Source: an uncultured Gemmatimonadales bacterium (lineage in GTDB: Bacteria > Gemmatimonadota > Gemmatimonadetes > Gemmatimonadales > GWC2-71-9). From it: DNA of 64,000 nt. Position 1 is the stretch's first letter. Each line of letters begins with the position of its first letter. Shown one piece after another: positions 59,511 through 64,000 of this stretch. Position numbers and translations under genes: made by a program. The stretch spans positions 896,001 to 960,000 of the forward strand of contig CAVYSW010000003.1 of the NCBI GenBank assembly GCA_963771275.1, in the 5' to 3' direction. Under the pieces are notes generated by a model, which searched no databases, had not been told where the DNA came from, and saw only the letters and a list, made by a program, of their open reading frames with translations.

Positions 59511-60704
59511 ATGCGCCGCTTTGTCACCCACGCTTTCCGACTGGCAGCCACCGGCGCCGTCCTTCAAGGTGCCGCCTGCGATCGCGCCCGTCTTACCGAT
59601 TTCCGACTTGCACGCGTCGATACCCTGCCCGGCGGAGTGGTCGTCGTGTCGAACCCGGCCAAGGGACTGTGGGCCTCCACCACTGCCTGGCGGCTGGAGG
59701 AAGACTTGCGCCTCGGCGCGGCCGAAGGCGATCCCATGGAGACGTTCGGCAGAGTCACGGGGCTTCAACTCGACCCGGCCGGGCGGATCTACGTGCTCGA
59801 TGGCGTATCGCAGGAGATCCGGGTGTTCGATCGAGAGGGGCGGTTCGAGCGCCTCATCGGACGCAAAGGCTCCGGCCCCGGGGAGTTCAAAGAGGGCATC
59901 GGGATGAGTTGGGATCCCCGGGGGAATCTCTGGGTCGCGGATCAGGGCAACGCCCGGTTCACGGTGTTCGACGCCGAAACCGGCGCGGCTCGCACGAAGC
60001 CCCGCCCGATGAACACGTTCACCTTCGCCTGGCGTGGCGGGATCACGGAGGGCGGGGCGATCTACGATTTCGCCCTCATTCGACGGGGCACGGCCTACCG
60101 CGAGGCCGTCATGCGGTACGACACGAGCGGCTCCTTCAGCGACACGCTCCTGCTTCCCGAGTTCACCGAGTCGACGTTCGATATTCGCGCCGAGAAGATG
60201 CAGGCCGTGGTAGCGGTGCCGTACGCTCCCCGTCGCGTCTGGCAGCTCGACCCGAGGGGGTACGTCTGGATCGGCGTGGCGAATCGCTACGAGATCGTCC
60301 AGCAGACCCTCGCGGGTGACACGGCGCGGATCGTGAAGCGAGCCTGGGATCCCATTCCGGTGGAGGACGCCGAGCGGGACTCCGCCATCGCGGCGCTCGA
60401 GCGCTCCTTTTCCGGCTACCGGGCGGACGCATCGAGGGTGCCCCGCTCCAAGCCCGCCTTCGAGCGCTTCGATCTGGACGACCACGCGTACCTGTGGGTC
60501 GCCACGCCACGCCAGCGCGGGGTGCCCGGCACCGCGTTCGACGTGTTCGACCCGGACGGCCTGTTCCTCGGCACGGTGGCCGTCCCCACCGCCATCTCCT
60601 GGTATGCCCCGCTCGTGATCCGCGGCGGCTCGCTTCTCACCGTCACCACCGACGAGGCCGGCGTCGAATATGTGGTGCGGGTTCGGATCGGGGGAAGACG
60701 ATAA
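59511..60704 (+). CDS. 6-bladed beta-propeller (NHL-like) lipoprotein
   Basis: GRIYVLD, IRVFD..G, GRKGSGPGEF, LWVAD, FDVFDPDG. Confidence 0.8.
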   Translation: MRRFVTHAFRLAATGAVLQGAACDRARLTDFRLARVDTLPGGVVVVSNPAKGLWASTTAWRLEEDLRLGAAEGDPMETFGRVTGLQLDPAGRIYVLDGVSQEIRVFDREGRFERLIGRKGSGPGEFKEGIGMSWDPRGNLWVADQGNARFTVFDAETGAARTKPRPMNTFTFAWRGGITEGGAIYDFALIRRGTAYREAVMRYDTSGSFSDTLLLPEFTESTFDIRAEKMQAVVAVPYAPRRVWQLDPRGYVWIGVANRYEIVQQTLAGDTARIVKRAWDPIPVEDAERDSAIAALERSFSGYRADASRVPRSKPAFERFDLDDHAYLWVATPRQRGVPGTAFDVFDPDGLFLGTVAVPTAISWYAPLVIRGGSLLTVTTDEAGVEYVVRVRIGGRR

Positions 60705-60797
60705 GGCGGATATCCCGCTCCCTTGCGCTTTTCCCCCGCGCACCTGATTCTGTCCGGGTAGGCACGGCCACCCAGCGGCCCACAGGCGGGTTCCACC

Positions 60798-61445
60798 ATG
60801 CTTCCTCTGTCGCGCTACGTCGGCGACTGCGTCACACGACGACTCCTCGTGAGCTCGCCGATCCGGGATGTCTACTGGACGCCGTCGCTCGCCCAGCAGC
60901 TCGGCGGAGCCGGCCGCGGGCCGGGGCCGCTCCTCGGACTCGGCGATTTCTTCGTCGGGACGTACGAGAGCCTCAAGAACGCCAAGGCGACCGCCCAGGT
61001 GTTCACGAAAGGGATGTGGGCGGGAAGCGAGATTCACCACATCGTCGAGAACTACCACCTGCAGTTTCTCGGTGTGGTGGAGCCGATCAACGATCAGACC
61101 TATGCGTACCAGGAACCGTGCGTGCTGCTCGGGAAGAAGCACCACGACACCCACGTGGATAACATCGTCGGTGGCGCCGAGGACGTGGTGCTGGAGACCA
61201 AGCCGTTCAATTTCCTGGAGGCATTCCGTGACGCCAACCCTGGAATCTCCAGCCTGTCGCGCACCGAGCAGGGGCGCCGCCGCGCGGACTGGGTGCGGAC
61301 CGAGGAGCGGGGGCGCCCGCCCCGTGTGACGCGGCAGCAGATTCGCGATTGGCTGGTGGAGCTGTACCGGTTCGCGTATCAGGAACCGGAGCTGCAGCCG
61401 TTGCGCCTGATCGCTACGGCGGTGCTGCAGGGCATGCGCCTCTAG
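60798..61445 (+). CDS. Hypothetical protein with HH...H motifs (possible HNH-like nuclease)
   Basis: SEIHHIVE...EPCVLLGKKHH; coding-like codon usage. Confidence 0.55.
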   Translation: MLPLSRYVGDCVTRRLLVSSPIRDVYWTPSLAQQLGGAGRGPGPLLGLGDFFVGTYESLKNAKATAQVFTKGMWAGSEIHHIVENYHLQFLGVVEPINDQTYAYQEPCVLLGKKHHDTHVDNIVGGAEDVVLETKPFNFLEAFRDANPGISSLSRTEQGRRRADWVRTEERGRPPRVTRQQIRDWLVELYRFAYQEPELQPLRLIATAVLQGMRL

Positions 61446-61570
61446 GCGGTGCCCACGGGTTGCGGAACCAACTGGTCGGCCTTCGAGTAGCAGCGAGGGG
61501 TCGTCCCCAGCTCAGCGGCGCCTGCTCGGCCAGACCAACCCGCTGATTCACATCCTTTCAGGAGATCACC

Positions 61571-62521
61571 GTGGCTGACAGGAAGATCATCGCGGTCGTC
61601 GGCGCGACCGGCGCTCAGGGTGGCGGCGTGGTGCGCGCCATCTTGAACGACAGAGACACGCGCTTTGCCGCGCGGGCAATCACCCGAGACGTGCACTCCG
61701 ACAAGGCCAAGGCGCTGGCGGCATCGGGCGCCGAAGTCGTCGCCGGCGACGTCGATGACCTCGCTTCACTGCAGCGGGCCTTCGCCGGTGCCTACGGCGC
61801 GTTTTGCGTCACGCCGTTCTGGGCCCACATGTCGCCCGCGAAGGAGATGGCGGAGGCGCGGAACCTCGCCCAGGCCGCCAAGCACGCCGGCGTCCAGCAC
61901 GTCATCTGGTCGACGCTCGAAGACACCCGCAAGTGGGTGCCGCTCGACGACCCTCGCATGCCGACCTTGCAGGGCAAGTACAAGGTCCCCCACTACGACG
62001 TCAAAGGTGAGGCCAACAAGCTGTTCACCGACCTCGGCGTACCGACCACGCTGCTCCAGACGTCGTTCTACTGGGAGAACCTCATCTATTTCGGCGCGGG
62101 CCCCAAGCCTGGCCCGGACGGCACCCTGGCGATCACCATGCCGATGGGGGACAAGCGGCTCCCGGGCATGGCGTCCGAGGATATCGGCAAGTGCGCCTAC
62201 GCGATCTTCACGGGCGGTCCGGAGTACGTCGGCAAGACCATCAGCATCGCGGGCGAGAAGCTCACGGGAGAGCAGATGGCGACGGCGCTCACCAAGGCGC
62301 TCGGCCGCACGGTGCGCTACAATGACGTCCCGCCCGAGGTCTACCGCGGCTTCGGGTTCCCCGGCGCCGACGAGATGGGCAACATGTTCCAGTTCAAGCG
62401 GGACTTCGAGAAGGACTACTGCGGCGTGCGCGACCTGGCGGTTGCCCGGAAGCTCAACCCGGCGCTCCAGACCTTCGCGCAGTGGCTGGCCCAGAACAAG
62501 AGTCGCATCCCGCTCGAGTAG
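61571..62521 (+). CDS. NmrA/HSCARG family protein
   Basis: [27 protein letters not shown]. Confidence 0.92.
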   Translation: MADRKIIAVVGATGAQGGGVVRAILNDRDTRFAARAITRDVHSDKAKALAASGAEVVAGDVDDLASLQRAFAGAYGAFCVTPFWAHMSPAKEMAEARNLAQAAKHAGVQHVIWSTLEDTRKWVPLDDPRMPTLQGKYKVPHYDVKGEANKLFTDLGVPTTLLQTSFYWENLIYFGAGPKPGPDGTLAITMPMGDKRLPGMASEDIGKCAYAIFTGGPEYVGKTISIAGEKLTGEQMATALTKALGRTVRYNDVPPEVYRGFGFPGADEMGNMFQFKRDFEKDYCGVRDLAVARKLNPALQTFAQWLAQNKSRIPLE

Positions 62522-62533
62522 CTGAGCGCTGCG

Positions 62534-62561
62534 GGGAGGCGCGACGCACGCCGCGCCTCCC
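62534..62561. terminator. Hairpin between convergent genes
   Basis: GGGAGGCGCG...CGCGCCTCCC 10-bp stem. Confidence 0.55.
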
Positions 62562-62575
62562 ACGCACCGTGGCCC

Positions 62576-64000
62576 CTACCGCCCCGGCTTCGGCGCCTTG
62601 TCCGGCGGCGCCGGCCGCTTGGGCAGCTGCCGCGGGTGCTGCTGCATCAGCGTGAGCACCTCTTGTACGCCGCGCTCGAGCTGCAGGTCCCGGCCCGCGA
62701 TCACCGACTTGGGATCGTTGTCCACCACGATGTCCGGGTCGACCCCGTGGCCCTCGATGATCCACCGGCCGTCGGTGCTGGCGAAGCCGAACTCCGGCAC
62801 GTTGACGCTGCCGCCGTCGATCAGCGGGCCGTGGCTGGTAATACCGATCACGCCGCCCCACGACCGCTTGCCGATCAGCGGGCCCAGCCCGGCCTGCTTG
62901 AACATCGCCGGGAAGATGTCTCCGTCCGACGCGGACGTCTCGTTGAGCAGCGTCACCAGCGAGCCGTAGAACACCGGCCCGCGCGGGTAGGTGGACGTGT
63001 ACTCGCTGTTGCGCGAGAACCCCGTCGCCAGCAGCTGGCGGCTCAGCCGCTCGATCACCATCGACGAGACGTTGCCTCCGCCGTTGCCGCGCACGTCGAT
63101 GATCAGGCCTTCCTTCCGGACCTGCGGGTAGTACCACTTGATGAACTCGCTGATGCCGTCGGCGCCCATGTCGGGGAGATGGAGATACCCCACCCGGCCG
63201 TGCGTCAGCGAGTCCACCTGCTGGCGATTGGCCGTCACCCAGTCGAGGTAGAGCAGCTTGGCCTCACTCGTGACCGGCTGGTAGCTCACGGTGCGCGCCC
63301 CGTCGGACGACGGCTGGCTGTTGAGCGTGAGCGTGACCGGCCGGTCCGCCTTGTAGCGCAGCAGGCGGTACGGATTCTCCGGCGCCTTCACGTCGGCGCC
63401 GTCGATCGCGAGCAGGTAATCGCCCACACGGGCGTCCACGCCGATCGCCGACAGCGGAGCGCGATACGTGGCCTCCGCGTTGTCACCCCGGTAGATCGCG
63501 GCGATGCGGTAGCGCCCTGACGCCCCGTCCAGCGCGAAGCGTGCGCCCGGGAGCGCCACGTCCGGCCGGTCCGGAATCTCGTAGTCCCCGCCCGCGATGT
63601 ACGTGTGCGAGTTCGACAGCTCCGCGATCATCTCGCTCAGCACGTAGTCGAGGTCGGAGCGATGCCCGACATACCGCAGCAGGGGGCGATAGCGGTCCTT
63701 GAGCGCCTTCCAGTCGTAGCCGTTCATGTTCGAGACGTAGAAGAAGTCGCGGAACCGCCGCCACACCTCGTCGAAGATCTGCGTCCACTCCTCCTTGGGC
63801 ACGACGTCTGCCTGCAGCCCCGTCGTGGCAACGGTCTTCTTTGCAGCCGCCCCCTTGGGGTTGGCGTCGTACAGAGTGTACGCGCCGCTCTGCCGCACGA
63901 GCACCTTCGAGCCGTCCGGCGATAGGGTGTAGCCCGCGATGTTCTCGGCCAGCGTCGTCGCCTTGCGGTCGGCCAGGTTGAACACCATCAGCGCCGCCTG
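62576..64000 (-). CDS. Tricorn protease-like S41 peptidase (5' end outside window)
   Basis: EL..SH, PDZ-like segment, [39 protein letters not shown]. Confidence 0.92.
   Translation of the reverse strand, partial: QAALMVFNLADRKATTLAENIAGYTLSPDGSKVLVRQSGAYTLYDANPKGAAAKKTVATTGLQADVVPKEEWTQIFDEVWRRFRDFFYVSNMNGYDWKALKDRYRPLLRYVGHRSDLDYVLSEMIAELSNSHTYIAGGDYEIPDRPDVALPGARFALDGASGRYRIAAIYRGDNAEATYRAPLSAIGVDARVGDYLLAIDGADVKAPENPYRLLRYKADRPVTLTLNSQPSSDGARTVSYQPVTSEAKLLYLDWVTANRQQVDSLTHGRVGYLHLPDMGADGISEFIKWYYPQVRKEGLIIDVRGNGGGNVSSMVIERLSRQLLATGFSRNSEYTSTYPRGPVFYGSLVTLLNETSASDGDIFPAMFKQAGLGPLIGKRSWGGVIGITSHGPLIDGGSVNVPEFGFASTDGRWIIEGHGVDPDIVVDNDPKSVIAGRDLQLERGVQEVLTLMQQHPRQLPKRPAPPDKAPKPGR

Overview
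High-GC (roughly 70% by eye) bacterial chromosomal window. Gene content and style suggest Gemmatimonadota, but that is inference only. It holds about 55 protein genes, and no rRNA, tRNA, CRISPR array, integrase or transposase was recognised. Housekeeping and metabolic genes include an M14 peptidase, a Ser/Thr kinase, GH47 mannosidase, PPi-type phosphofructokinase, the selD-rnhA-dCMP deaminase-zinc ribbon-leuB-like operon, squalene synthase-like/FAD oxidase/thyA/folA, an EF-G paralogue, DUF1800/DUF1501, NDH-2, prolyl oligopeptidase, topoisomerase IB, a beta-CASP RNase and a partial tricorn protease. Main points of interest: (1) a self-contained operon of two divergent Ddl-like ATP-grasp ligases, a GNAT and a lysine 2,3-aminomutase-type radical SAM enzyme (32.4-36.2 kb), a candidate beta-lysine peptide pathway; (2) a small accessory island (43.4-46.5 kb) with a nucleotidyltransferase pair, a protein built from three RNA-polymerase alpha-CTD-like repeats plus a sigma-70 region-4 HTH, a CxxC-CxxC microprotein and an orphan Phd antitoxin; (3) selD is a selenoprotein (in-frame TGA plus SECIS-like hairpin) that the ORF track truncates; (4) an unannotated structured ~220-nt element at 5.2-5.5 kb with a perfect 13-nt match to the conserved 16S rRNA 3' tail; (5) two pseudogenes/frameshifts and recurrent inverted 7-/9-mer intergenic repeats. 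Product calls rest on motif recognition by eye, not database searches.
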